Origin: Hyphochytrium catenoides
Lineage: Eukaryota > Protista > Hyphochytriomycota
Length of the DNA: 64,000 bases
Assembly (NCBI GenBank): GCA_900088475.1
Contig: FLMG01002942.1
Location: forward strand, 2,510-66,509
Direction: 5' to 3'
Shown: positions 1 through 13,600 of the stretch, one piece after another
How positions within the stretch are numbered: the stretch's first letter is position 1
How the letters are laid out: each line of letters starts with the position of its first letter
Notes under the pieces: model-generated
The model's input: the letters and a program-made list of their open reading frames with translations, nothing else
Told to the model about the DNA's origin: nothing
Databases searched by the model: none
Made by a program: the position numbers and the translations under genes

Positions 1-1433
1 CCTTCAAAGGCAGGAAAGTCACCTAGTTCGCTTAAAAGTTCGCGAATTCTTTGTGTTGAACCTGTTAAGGTAGTTTGATAGCCACCATCGCCCACAATAG
101 CTAGTTTTGCTCTTAGAAGTCTTGAAATGTAGTTCCTTGCCTTGGTATAATAGCTGCTCAAATAGTTGTCTTTCAGAAGCCCTTGGACAGTGGCTATTCC
201 TAGCCCAGGTGAGCTGGTGGTGAGCTTGCGCATGGCGTCAATAACAGAGAGACATATGGCGCTTCGCTTAGTAATAAAACACGGGAAGTCGCTTGCAATG
301 TCGGGAGCCATAAAGTCCAGAAACTTTTGGCTATAGCCGTTGAACGATTTTGCGCATGCGGTGCAATGGTATCTCTTACAACTCACCCAATATACATCAT
401 CCCAACCTTTGACCCTGCGCCAACCATGGGGATTGAAGCCCTCGCTGTCAACATTTTGATCCGACTTGCAGTCAGGGCAAGGAAGGACTCCTCTCTGGAA
501 TGCCCTCCGATGGACAAACTCAGGGACCCATATAAAGCCCTTCTTGAGACAGTCTATGACGGGATCTAACTCGTCTCCTCCTGACAGAAAGGCGGGATTT
601 GGGGGCAACACCCAGTACGTATTTCCCAAGGGCCAGGAACCCTGGATACGCATTTGAAGTGATTGCTTTGTAGACCTGCGACCAGGTTTCAGCCTGATAT
701 TGGCCTTGAACTTTCTGAGCTCTTCGCTCAAAAAGGCTTGCTGAGGTGGAGGGGGAGGCTCCTCCTCTGGTAGTCGGTCTCCATCTAGGCGCTCATCCCT
801 GTCTTCTGGAACTTCGAATTGATCGGGTTCATCATCGGCTTCTGACTTTTTGTTGCCAGCAAGAGGAGGTCCGCTACCCTGCTGCCCTGCGGTAGCCCTA
901 GTGGAGACAGAAGCACTGTTTGCCTCAGTATTGTTGCTGTTGGCTGCTGAAGTGTCAGTGCCAAATGCTTCTCGTCTTCTCCCCAATGCAGCTGCCGTGG
1001 TATTAGCAGCGGCTCCTTTGCCATTTAAGTTTTGTTGTTGCCCATTCACTTCAGCTTCTTCTGCTAGTCCTGTGGCTAAAGAGGATGATGTCGTCAAAGG
1101 AATGCCACCAGAAGTACTGCTGAAGGACAACTGTATTGACATATTGTTGTCAGCTAGCCGTGTGCGTTTCTTGGCCCGCTTGACTTCTCTTTCACGCAGA
1201 TACCGCTCGCGTCGCCGGGCTCCGCCTCCTCGTTCCTCATCATCTTCTTCTACTTCAACCTGCCGGGGAACGGTCGCCGATGAGTTACCATCACCCATTA
1301 ACGGCCACGCTCAGAACGTCTAATTGGCAACTTTGCACAGTACCTCCTTCTTTTGCTTGGGACAGGTTGTAATATTATGGCCTTTCTCACCGCATCCGCC
1401 GCAGGTAACCTCACTTCCCTTACGGGGAGCCAT
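1..1433 (-). CDS. Zinc-knuckle plus DUF6729-like protein, probably transposon-derived; 3'-partial; exons 1433-1344 and 1259-<1
   Basis: ATG at 1433 gives MAPRKGSEVTCGGCGEKGHNITTC (CX2CX4HX4C). An 84-nt gtactg...cag intron (1343-1260) removes two in-frame stops. The frame then stays open to base 1 and contains CPDC..GWRRVKGWDDVYWVSCKRYHCTAC..SF..FPCFITKRSAI, which I recognise from memory as DUF6729-like. Confidence 0.7.
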
Positions 1434-2604
1434 GATCGTCGTCGTTTGAGTACGCCACCACCTGCGATGCTGTAAAAATCGGCTGAAAGCCTCCCTTTCT
1501 CGCCACAATAACTTGCTGCTTGACACTCGTTCCCAGCACGACGACGGGCGGAGACCGACCTATCATCATCTGACGCAAGCAAGCAATAGCAGCACAAGCA
1601 GGGGGCAATAACGCGGCAATAATGCTGCTGCTGCTGCTTGCTGCTGCCTGCTAAGAAGAAGGAAGTGGTAGGAACTAGGGAGTGAAATGTAAGAAGGATG
1701 TGAGAAGCAAAGTATTTGATGAAGCAAAACTCAGCAGGTGCGCAACCCGTCCATCTCCCAGGTTAATACTACTTGGCCTGGTAGCCCAGCATAAGGGCAC
1801 CCCTGGCTAGAGGAAAATAATGGTACTAAGCCCTGCAGACCCCGTGTAGCCAGCGATAGGACTCAAAGAGTTGGCACATAGCCTTCAACGTACGACAGTT
1901 AAGGTCGAAATCCCCTAGACATGAGGGCGATACCAAAATGACTGAAAAGTGCACGGTTTTCGATTTACAGTGGTAAGACATGAAGCGGCTTTGTGGTCCA
2001 AGTGGAGAGAAAATGAGAATGACAAGGCAGAGCCCACACTGGTGAAATAGACGCCCCTAGAAGGTGACTGAGAAGGCAAGAAGCACCAACCAGAAGAATG
2101 CAGTAAGAGTCCTACCTGCGGGCCTTACACTTGGGAGACGATATACAATTATCCTCGGGGGAGCTCTTGTAGACTTCGCTGAACGAAAGAAAGAGAGCAA
2201 AAATAGAACAAAAGAAGAAGAAAAAAAGATAGAGAAGTGTTAGTTCTTAGAGTCACTTCATTCACCTCATTAAAAGACCACAAACTATCGAGAAGGCGAG
2301 TCTAGCAAGACGACAGTTATTGTTGAGACGCTGTCAATGAAAGCGACCAGCGTGAATTCTTCACTAGCAACCACGTGCGGCACCAAAAAGTGATGGAGGA
2401 ACTATACAATCAGTGACGCCAATAGATTGATGAAGCAGCTACCTGTGATTACACTTGGCCTACTATGTGGACAATTACCATGGAATTACGATACGCCTTC
2501 TTCTTGTTCAGTAGGCTTCTACGAAGAAGGGCAGGAGCTAGGCAGCCAATGGTCCGTAAGCCAACCAGACGACTATCGCGAGTCAGAAGAAAGATTAATG
2601 AGAG

Positions 2605-2836
2605 AAAGGAAGCAAGAGAAAGTGAAAGAGTGAGAGCACAACGAATTGTCCATCAGCCAACTAGCCTCAGACAACAAAGAAAGTGAGTCCATAGTGGCTG
2701 AAAGAAGCTATGAATCATGAGAGGCAAGGAAGCGAGAGAGTGAGAAACAACAAGAGCAAAGGCGGATTGGCCATCAGCCGACTAGCCTCAAATAAGAAAC
2801 AAAGGAAGATCCATAGTGGCTGACGAAAAAACTATG
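2605..2836 (+). repeat. Degenerate ~120 bp tandem duplication
   Basis: ccatcagcc(a/g)actagcctca...ccatagtggctga...ctatga occurs at ~2650-2713 and again at ~2771-2837. Confidence 0.7.
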
Positions 2837-5485
2837 AGAAGATGCAGCTGGAGGGCACGAGAGAGTAGAACTTCGTCAAACACTGTCCGTAGAAGAAGTG
2901 GTTAAGTGGTGCAACAGGGAAGGAAAAGGAGTTGAAAGTACAGACCAAGGTGGGGTGATCACCTTTGTAGAAGGTAAGTGACCAGGTTAAAAGAGCCAAA
3001 GAAGACAAGATGAGATAGGACAAGAAAGGAGTTGGAGCTCCTGGACTTACATTCTAGATCAAAGACTACACATCATCCCGGAGGTCACGGTACCTTCTCT
3101 CTTTTCAGATCTCCTGGACCAGATGATGAACACTTATCTGATTGAGCATGGAGTCAATTGTTCAAACAACAGCGTCGCAGCATTGGGAGGCTGCCGGTTG
3201 AGAACAGCTCCCATGATGCCGAGATCATCAGGAAGGAAGAAGATGGTCCGCTTCAATACTAGCTGCTGCTACCGACCTGCTCGTCGAGAAAGAGTCAGGC
3301 AGGGTAGCAGAGGAAAATTGGCGAAGCATGACAGAAATGGCTATGACTTGCTAACCGAGTTATTGTCACCACCAGTAGACAGTCATCATCATGCTCGGAC
3401 GCCTTCAGAGGTCCAGTTGTTCGGTTCTGAACTTGTCCACTAACAGGAAGGCCCAGAGCAGCTTTTAGCGAGTAGGTATGCAGTTACTACTGAGGTTGGC
3501 CGGAAATCGGGAGAATTGATGACAGATGAGATATGTTTCTCTAGTAAAAGCTGATGAATGATGGAAGGCGCAATCGATAGACAGGACAGGACGGGTAGGT
3601 TTTCCTCATCATGGTCTCCCCTACAATTTCTGAATTTTCCATGCTTTGGCCATTAATAGCCTCCTGCAAGGCCGACTGCAACAAGCCACATGCGGTGCAA
3701 AAGACTATTCAAAGATTGCAGACTGTTATCTTCATGCTGGTGACGAGAAGGGGGCATCCGAACTAGTTCCTAGTGCGATAACATGAATGCATGCAGATGA
3801 GATGAGAAGTTCATTTGGGAAGGACAAGGTCCAGTACAGGGTAGAAGAAGCGAGCTTCTTTCTTCTCGGACAATGTGCAAGGATGAAGAACCTCAACAAG
3901 AAGAAGTGAAAATGGGGCAAAGGATAGCTTGCGTATACACGGCCTCTCCATAAATAGAGGAAGAGCAGAGCAGTAAGGGGTAAGAGGTCGACGCTTAGAT
4001 TCATAGACAACGGAGACTTCCTAGTTACCTACTAAGGCGACTAGAACGTTATAGCTGACCAACATGAGTATTTCTGGTGAGATCTCTTTATCGAGAGCCC
4101 CAAGCGATCGTTGTTGGCGAACCGTAATGCCTTTACTCACGGGAAACGCAGGAGCGAGCAGAGAAAGCGGAAGAGTGGAGCCTGGAAGCGAAGGCCTTTG
4201 GCTACGATACTGGCGCTCCTTCTTTTACCCCTCATCGTCACCTCGTCTTGTGCTTTGTCACTCTCAGTCTCTCAGAAACACACCTAGAGATTGCTCTTCC
4301 TCTATCTCTCGCCCTCATCCTTTCTTATTTGTTCTCTGTTTGTCTGCTCTCCCTACTCTTTAGTCTCGCTTTCGTTGCCCTCTTTCTGTCCTCCCTTCGA
4401 TCGCCTTCTCTGCCTCTCTATGTCACTCTCTCTTCCCATTTCTCTCTCACTTTTGTCTCCTCTCTATGCCTTGTTCTTCCTCTGTCTCGGTAGTAGAACC
4501 AGATCTTTCGGTCACTACTATGTCCCCCGTCGTGTCTTGGGATTTTTGCTGAGCTCCAGCTTCCTTCTTCTACAAAAAAAGAACACAATAGTAAGGCATC
4601 ATAACGTGCTGCATTCTTGGCTAAGACGGCCCAGTACGGTTGATGTCGTGCTGGGGTAACCTTATCTGCTGACAGGAGGCCATTTATTCCTGGTTGTTGA
4701 TGATCCCTGTTACGGTGTAAGTGATACCAGAAAGAAGCTCTTTCGCAACCTCCTCCTCCAACGTTAAGTTCTACTTCTGTTTTCTCACCTAGTCCCCCCT
4801 CTCTTACGACCACTTCTTTATTCCCTTCCGTCACCTTCGTCCCCTCGTGGAATGTGTTCTTTGTGAGAGGGAAATGACGGACTTCTCCCTGTCACTCAGA
4901 TATTGTGTGTCTGGCTCGGATCCTAACAACAGTCTCGACCAAGAGGAAGAGCTGTATTAGTAGCTAAAAGCTAGGTCTAGATAGCCATCATCAGCCACGG
5001 ACCACTAAGAGAAACGTTAGTTGGCAGTAATACCGTCTTCTTCTTCTTCTTATTTAGCGGTCCCTACTACGAAGGACCTGTTCCCTTCATCGTCTCCAGA
5101 AGCTCCTCACCTTCAATCCGTCGATCGCGCCACCTGACCCCCAGATTGAGAAAGTAGGCGCCGAAGATAGAAGAAGAAGTGAAGAAGAAGAAGGGAAGTA
5201 GAAGGTGTGCCCCTCCCTTCACTCTTTATGTTCAAGAGTATTTTTTCTCTCTCACTGGCACCAACCAGGATTCTCTTTGTGACAACTGATAGAAGAGAGA
5301 CAACTGAAAGGGATTAACCTCTATTTTCTCTATTAGCTCGCGTGCTACTTAACCTTTGCTGGTCTCAAACCGTAAGAAAAAGGACCGGTTTCCGTTTGGA
5401 AATAGTGTTGGTATCCGCTTCATCCGCTGGCGACAGCGGGAATCACCACTTGACAGGCAAGTAAAAGAGACAAGTATAGAGGAGA

Positions 5486-6923
5486 ATGGATCCCCTGTGT
5501 CCCCTTGGGCCGTAGTCCCTCCGAGTCCCCCTCCTACTTATCTGAGAAAGAGGCACCTGAAGGACAGCTGCAACTCCAGCAGCGGGAGCACGAATGACGA
5601 CGAAGAGGCGGACCTGGCGGAGGAGGAAGAAGCCAAGCGTCAGAGGCGTTGTCAACACAATGATAGAGAGCGCAGGAGAGTCAGGGACATCCAAGAGGCT
5701 TTCAGGGGTCTGAGAACAGCCCTTGAAGAACTGGGATATTGCTACCACCGTAGCCAGCTTTCTATCTTGAAGAAGACAATGGAGATGGTCCAAGATATGC
5801 GACGCTCTATTGAGCTAAAAGAACGAGGAGGGCCTTGTCAAAGCGGCCAGCCACCTCCGCCAAGAAAGATCGAAGGCAACGAGAACGAGAAGGGGAATCA
5901 CCAAGGACTTACCTCGGAGCGCTTGCGTTCTGTTGCTGCCAACGTCGAGTACCAAGGTGCAGAGGGCTGAAAAGAACGGTAGGTTCTTCCAATTTTTCTC
6001 CCTTGCTGTCTCCTAATAATCTCGCTCCCGTGGCTGACAGGTGGATCGGCTCCGAAGAAGGCAGCAGTCCTCAGCGGTAGATGTGAGCTTTCAGTGATAC
6101 CTCCTTTGGCAGAAGAGAAGGAGAATGGGCCCATCACGATGTCGGAAGGTGCCCCGCCCCGTCTTCTTCCTTAACCAGAGAAGCGGAAGTAACTATTCTG
6201 CCTCTTCCTCCTAGGAAACATATCACCCCATTATTGTCGAACATAGTTCAAGGAATTACCGAGAAGGGGGAGATTGGGTCTTGTCTCAGGCTTAGTGGTC
6301 TAAGTAGTACTATGGCCACAGGATGCGGCAGCAGCACTGCCCCTATAACAACATCGACGCGCCAACAGATGGAGAGTCATCCAAGGACGATAAGGGAGGA
6401 GAAGAAGAACGAAGAAGAAAAGATCAACAGACTCTTCTAAAGCCCTCCCGTCTTGCTACTGTTGCAAGCCAAAAGATGGCGTACCACGAGGAACAAAGAA
6501 AGGAAAAATAGCAGTGGAAGAAGAAGAGATACAGCAATCAGCACTATCTCTTCTTCTCTCTGTCGCTGACCCGCATTACCCTCTCATTAACCCTCTGTCC
6601 GAGCTGACTAGTCTGACAGCAGCAGCTTCCCCGGGCCTCTCGTCTTCTGGAGAATGCTTGTGTCTCTTTAGTCAAGACCCCCTAATGAAGGTTTGCTGTT
6701 AGCTAGCGAGGCGGCAGGGCTTGTGCTGCCCAGTCAGTGCTCTATTGGCTTCAAAGCGGGACAGTCCACCCTCCTCTCCCTCTCTCCTTCGAGGGCATTC
6801 CTACCCTGCTCTGACACCAGAGAAGAACTATGTTCACAAGACCTCTTACTAGGCTCCTTGCTCTCTCTCTCTGGTGCGGTCCAAACCGGCAACGCTGAGT
6901 CAGCCCCTTTTCTGTTGCCCTAA
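5486..6923 (+). pseudogene. bHLH paralog A (subfamily I), multiply frameshifted
   Basis: The bHLH is intact (HNDRERRRVRDIQEAFRGLR..RSQLSILKKTMEMV). The ATG homologous to paralogs B/C (5486) is out of frame with it and stops at 5513-5515. The homologous intron is at 5979-6040. Similarity to the B/C C-terminus (LLLP, ALSLLLSVADPHY, ASEAAGLVLPSQ) is split over several frames (ORFs 6234, 6323, 6514, 6693). Confidence 0.8.
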
Positions 6924-9039
6924 AATAAACCACCCTGGGCGGTGGATAGTAATAGGGTTGCTAGAGGAAGCGCCGTCGTCTCCCTGGCTTCATTTTTTCT
7001 CCTTCCTTTTGTTATAACTTTTCTACATCCTTCTCCTCCGTTCGAGTTTGTTCTCACCGCTCGCCGTCCTTCTCCTCTCCTTTCACCCGCATTGTGGCAC
7101 TCTTGGTTCCTTAGTCTCAGTTTGCTCCTCTCTCTCTTTCGTTCACTGCCTGAGGAGCGACGTACCAGCAAAACAAGAAAGTCTGAGCGAATCGCTTGTT
7201 TTACCAGCCCTTGGAAGGAGAAGACGTATCATCACTCCTTTCTTTCAATGGGTGAACCCTAAGACCTGCGCTCATAAAATAAGTTCTCTTTTTTTCTCAC
7301 AACGATGCTCTACTATACCTCTTTTCTATATCTCTTGGTTGTCCCAATTGTAGGTCTCCTTTCTACCTGGCCCGCTCCAGCTGGCTCTATCAGTCTTTGT
7401 TAGCCCTACTAGTACAAGGGATGGTGGTGGCCAGACTCGTTTGATGTCGCTTAACGAAGTCGAGGGCAGGGAAAGAACTAATTCGTCTCCCGTCCACCAA
7501 CCGCCATATGCGCACTGGAGGAGGAATAATGAGGAGGTAGAAGAGCCACATTGGGAGACTGGGGGGAGCACCTGACGCAGCAGGGATATACTATGATAAA
7601 ACGCAGAGAGGGGAGTACTGCGCAACGGTGGGACTCGGCGGACATGTCTGACACCCATCATCATCAAAGAAAGCGATCCCTAGAGGACGGGAGGCAAAGA
7701 AAGAGAGGGAGAAAGAGAAAACGAGACACAAACAGAGAGACAGAGAGAGCGAGAAAGAAAAGAGAGAGAAGAGAGAGAAAGAAGGGGGAAGAGACAGAAT
7801 AAGAGAAGGTGCAAGTGGTGAACACACAGAATAGCAACACCAACAGAGAGAGAGCGACGCAAAGAGGGAGAAAATGAAAAGCAAAGCGAAGGTACGAGTC
7901 ACCGTTCATTCTTCAATAGCTCTTCTATTCCTAACAAGTGCTACTAACGGTAACGGGCTTCACCCATAGCGAGCCTAAATCCACACATTCTCCTCCACTA
8001 ATAATGGCAGCAGCAGCGACTCATCGGTCGTCGCATGCCGTAGGTTGAGGGGAGCATATAGATCTATGGTGGTATGGAAACTATGATACAGGAGAGAGAA
8101 CAGCAGGCAGGTAGAAACTGGTGGGACGATGGAGAAGAGGAGAAGAGAACAGAGTCGTAGCACCAAACGCTTGTTCACCTCCCCGTAAAGCTCCAATAAT
8201 TACTCTTCTTGACCCGGGACCTTCTTCCCACCTACGTGACTGGTCCGCTTGCGCCATTTTGGCGTCCTCAGATAGAGTTCCTAGAGCTGTGTTCCCCCCA
8301 TCGCTCTCCTGCATGATGTTTGCTACAAGCTTTCAACGGGCCTTTCCTCACTACCTACTTTCCTGTACGTTTCTTCTTTGCTGAGCCTTCGGTGAATACT
8401 CTAGCAACAACCGGAAAGCACCCTTTCCTCGAGTCTCGACCCTCAGATCATGATAATGCAATACAACCTGCAAGTGACGACTTTGGATGACTGACCTTGC
8501 AAATTATCGGTTCATCTGGGTGAAGCTCCTTTCCGAAATGACGATTTATCATCCTACGCAGGAGCGCTAGCGACTTGGTCGTGGCGGCCGAAAGAGGAGC
8601 TGGCAGTCTATAGCCTGATTATTTTTAGAGGGACAGCCCAAGGTGGTGGGTGCTAACCAAAGACCCAGAGCGTAGAAACAGGTAACGAAGAAGAAGGAAA
8701 TGGTAGCACGCACACCAGCTATAGATCATTTTTCAAGGGCCCTGCTGTACAGCCCACGGCACCCTTTATCCGTCTACTGTGGAGCCCAGAAGTCGAAGAA
8801 GGTAGGTCTACTAAGTCGCACGAGGAAGAAGCCCTACGCCCTCTAACTGTTATCCCGAAAGGCATGCTAGGAGGGAATGACTGTCATGCCACCGTTATCA
8901 CCCCTTCGGTCCCGCTTGCTTGAGCTTCTTGTCTTCTACACAGCGATGCCCCCTGATGGATTGCACATCTCATCAGTCTCTATTGAAGATTTAGAGGCAA
9001 GCCAAAGCGCATGGTAAGCCGTACCTTGGACGAATGTAT

Positions 9040-9300
9040 CCAGCCGTGAGTCCTAATGAAGACCACAAAAAGCTGGCATCAGTGGCACCAGTGTTGACAA
9101 TCTTTATCTGTTGCTGATCAACTCTTAGCCGATGTCCCAGCTTCATGGACTAGCTCCCAGCGCTCCGATGCCCGGCATCACTCTTACGTGGGTGTTTTAT
9201 AAAAGTGTTTTCAATCAGTGGGGGCAAAGAGAGGCTGACTTGGAAATATGACTGGTGAATTGATTCTCCTTGTTCTCGGTACTTCCATCTCTTGCACTTT
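9040..9300 (-). mobile_element. Possible highly decayed Gypsy gag/protease relic
   Basis: The minus strand reads IKIVNTGATDASF, resembling the aspartic protease DTGA motif with D>N, downstream of a broken CPH* knuckle-like segment. Confidence 0.3.
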
Positions 9301-9594
9301 CCAGAACGCAAGGAGGGCGCGTTCCAGAACATGTCCCCATCCTCCTCGAAGGTTCAACATTTAGCGAGAGACGAGCCAGCTGTTTGCGCTTCGCCAGCAT
9401 GTCAACATGCACATTTAGTACGACGAGCACCAGCCTTGTCAGCACCTTCACCTGTCTAATAAGTATGGTGGGCCGGAGAGCTCCAAATAAGAGATCTCTT
9501 TGGCCGTATTATTTCTTCCCGTCACCGCATTACACGCTGCCTAACCTACTTCATAAGTGTTTCTAGGAGTGCCGTGGTGTCCCATTACGTTTAT

Positions 9595-9612
9595 CCCTAA
9601 CCCTAACCCTTA
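9595..9612 (+). repeat. Short interstitial telomere-like repeat (CCCTAA)2 CCCTTA
   Basis: Read directly; only three units. Confidence 0.4.
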
Positions 9613-10633
9613 TCACCACTATCAGCTTTTTCCCCCCTACTGCCACCACTTTCCTTTTTATAAAGGTTGCGGGACAGCAGCGTCAGCATCTTTATGGCCG
9701 GAATAATATATCGTAAGGAGCGTGACAGCGGCTCATCAAGGTGGGACACTAGCATGAGAGAAGAGATGAGCACCTTCTTGTTGCAGTCAAGGGTCTCTGA
9801 TGGCCAATAAGAAGATGCTGCTGCTGCCTGTGCATCAGCAGCCAATGAACTGTTGGAGAGCGGTAGCAGAATGAAGATTGATGATGACAGAGCACCACCT
9901 CATATCTTTTTTGTGTCAACTCTATCGTAACAAAGAGGAATGCTCTAGGGCTTTGTACTACTACCATGCAGAAAGGGAAAGGAGCGAAGAGGGATGAGTA
10001 GGGGAAATGGCCCAGAGGAGCTAGCGGTGGCTTTCCATCTTTCCGCCGGGGTTAAAGTCCCTTCTGAGTCTGCTGCAACCAGTTCTTGTCACAACCAGTC
10101 CCCGTAGTAGTTTGGGCACAAAAGGTTGCTTGTTCTCTATTTGGGGCACAATGTACGTGGTTGCCTTTGGTTCTAATGGGTTCTCTAGTCGTGTGGGGGC
10201 ATAAGGGAGAGCATTATAAAAGCGTTTTCGGTAGGTCACAATTAATGACTTCGGTCCTGGGGCCTAGTTTCCTGCTTATCTTTTCATGGTATGATCTGTA
10301 GGTGTCTTTTTTCGTTTCCTATTTTCGGAAGCAGAGAGCAGTTTCGGTGTGGAGGGTGTGTAGGAATCGATACTATCGGCAGTGATGGATGAAGGGAACA
10401 CCAGAAGATAGCTGGCTCTTTTCCAGCTCATTATTGTTCTTCTCTCCTCTGACGTCTCCTGTTGTGCCCCAGTTGCCTTCATTTTGAGGTCGTCGCTCGG
10501 TAGTAGTTCTACCTCTTTCTCCTCTTTCTTCTGGCACTGGATCGTCCACATCGCCTTATTAGAACTACCCGCCTCCTCCCCTCCACCTTCACTGCCCCTT
10601 TCCTTCCTAGAAGCTTTCATTCTAGACCATAAT

Positions 10634-13600
10634 GTATTGCAGTACCATGCAGCAAGGAAGGGGAGAGAAGGAGGAGAGAAGATGAGTACAGCTGTAATCC
10701 TTTTCATAAAAGGTGACGCCACGGATGTTTTTCTGTTGTTCTCCCTCCTCCTGCTTCCCGTACTTTCGACGCAAAAGGTATGCTGGTCCCTAAGTTCAGG
10801 GCAGTATAAGGGATTGCCCAGATGCCAATGAGCACTCGGTCATGTGGCGCTCTCTGAAGCTGTCCCACACAGCTAAATTTTGGCTTTGGAGAGAGCTTAG
10901 TGGTTCTAAAACGCAGATCGGAGCTTAATATCTTGTTTTAGTATGAGATTATCGGAAATACGGGAAACTTTCGGTAGATCCGGGGACTGGGTTAGCATGA
11001 TGAGAAGTGCTTAGAGAACGTGTCACATACCGGCCCTTTCCAAGCTCATTGTTCTGCATCTCTGACTTGGACCCCTGACCGCGTCTCTTCTCTGTTAAGC
11101 ATTCCAGTGCCGTATTTGGGACAAGTCTCATTTATCATAGTCAATCAGGGTATCCGACCTGCTTAGGCGGTCTTTATCTAAAATCAGTTAAAGGTGTGGT
11201 GCAAGCTTTGGAGAGTTGACGTGGCAGGAAAGCAGCCTTTTTGTTTTTATAAAAAAATAACTGATAATGAGCCACCATCTCGCCCCCCACCCGATGTTCA
11301 AGCACTTTTAGAACTCCGACTTCTTTTATAGTGGACCCAAAGATTCCATTCTCTTCATGGCCTGAAATGTTCAACGGAGGACATGGAGACACATCGGGTT
11401 TTATTTTTCAAAGTCTGGGTTTAAGAGAGAGAGAAGAAAAGGGATATAGATCCAGTAGCGACCTCAGGTCTGCTGCTCTTGTACGTGCTCTCAGGCCACC
11501 CTCTGTCCCTTCTAACCAATCCCACTTCCTATACCAACATCTTTGGCCCGAGATGCGACTGCTTGTCGGTCTCTCATCTGGCAACATCATTATCTCTCAG
11601 TCTGTGGGTTCCTTGGAGCCGAGCCTTCAACCCTTTGAAAGGAATGCAGCAGAAGACTCTTTCTTGAGAAGAAGGTCACGTCGGCACTGAAGAACCTATC
11701 CAACCTGAGTAGTGGGCGACGAGTAAGCAAGCCATGCAAGAACCAATCCTCTATTGATTCTTCCCATTCCTTTCCTCGTTTCTGCTGCTACCTGATATTA
11801 AGGTTCCGGTTCATCATCATCGTCTGAATGACTGGTGTCTCTTGGTGTTTCTGCTGCCTATAAAGGAGAGATATGGGCCTCTTGCAGGCGGGCTGGGGCG
11901 AGCAGAGCCTCGCGGTACAAAAGTAACCTTGAGATCTGCACCACCACCATCTCGCTCCACGAGGTCAAAGAAGATTGCGAATAGCTTGAATAGAAGGACG
12001 CCATGCTATGCACACGAGACGACGTACTGTACTGTTGTCGGACAAAATTTAGAATAGCTAGGAAGGAGTTTGGCGGAGGGAGGAGAGACCTGTGTCTGAT
12101 GATTCCGGCGCAGGTAGTACCTGATGCTAGATCTTCTCCTCTTCCTCCTTCTCCTTTTGGTCATTTCTTTTCTCTCGCTCTGTGTGTGCCCACCCTCATC
12201 ATGTTCTCTAGCAGAGCAGAGAGGAGAGACTCCTCCCTTTTTGCTCTTTGACGTATATAATAATCCATATCCTTATGTCTATTAAGCAATTAGTAGCACC
12301 AAGAAGTATACCTTGTGACAAGTTAAGCTGCTGCTTGCAGACGAAGAAGGATGTCCTTTGTCTTCTTCCATCTGCTCAGTACAGGTAGTGAGAATAGTCT
12401 TCTGCTGGTCCTCTCACCTTCTCTACCTCTCGCCCTGTTGGTTTCGAGAAAGTTCCACTGTCAGTTAGTATCACACACGACCCGCAAATCCAGCTCATGC
12501 TCCGGCAAGAAGAAGGGCTGGGAGAGGATCTGCCTTGATGGTGAGGCAACGAGAGACAAGAACATGCTGCACCAACTTTCACTGAACTAACTGTGGTGTT
12601 GCTCTCGCCGCCGCCTGTCACCGCATCCATGATATCTTGTTGATCATAGTAGAGGACGAGCTCATTTTATTCCTTTCGTGGAAGTGCACAAACGTCTTCT
12701 CTGGCCGCCTCCGCCGCAGGAACCCAATATACATTACCTGTTACGTAAGATGTGTTAGCCATGCATTGGTAGCCAGAAATCTCGTCAGGACACGAGCAGA
12801 GCGAAAGGCCAACTCGAGACGAGACCTCAATTCTCTCGTCACATCCTTCAGCAGAACCTCACCTTGCGCTAGGGCAAGAGCAGCGACAACAACTAGGAGG
12901 GAGAAGGATGGAGACATCCGATTCTGCCTGGGCTCTTTCCTCCTTTCCTCTTCCTAGTTCTTTGAGAAGAAAGAGGCACCTCGTCGATAACGGGAGCTGC
13001 TCTAGCAGCGGCAGCAATGATGATCAGCCAGAGACGGAGGAGGAAGAAATCAAGAGGCAGAAGCGTTACTTACATAATGACAGAGAACGCAGGAGGATTA
13101 AAGACATCCAAGCGGCCTTCAGCGGTCTGAGAACAATGCTAGAAGAGCTGGGTTATGGCTATCATCGTAGCCAGCTCTTTATTCTCAGAAAAACAATGGA
13201 GATGGTGGAAGAGATGAGAGATTCTATAAAAAGTGACCCTCAACGAATACGACTCTCTCCTCTCAATGGCCCAAAAGCCCGACAGCCAACTCCGGAGAAG
13301 GAAGTGGTGAAAGAAGAAGACAAGAGGACCCAACAAGCGTACGCCTCGGAGACTTCGCCCCTACTGCTGCCAAGAAGAACCAAGATACGGAAGATGAACG
13401 AGAGTATCGGTAAGGCCATATGTTCTTCTTTATCCACCCTCCCCTTCCCGTGCTAAGTAATCTACTCTTCCTCCGCGGCTTAATAGATGGACCCATGGTC
13501 CAGAAGGCAGTAGTAGGGGATTGTAGAGATGAGGTTTCCAAGATTCCCGTTCTTCGCACAGAAGAACAGAGTGAGAAGGGTTCCGTCGTTATTATCCCTG

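Noticed and set aside
850-1323. 157 aa + strand ORF
   Set aside because: Antisense shadow of the minus-strand DUF6729-like gene.
4112-4928. TGTTGG...CTAACA possible solo LTR, with a chromodomain-like KVQYRV trace near 3825
   Set aside because: No TSD, PBS, PPT or second copy; the motif is too short.
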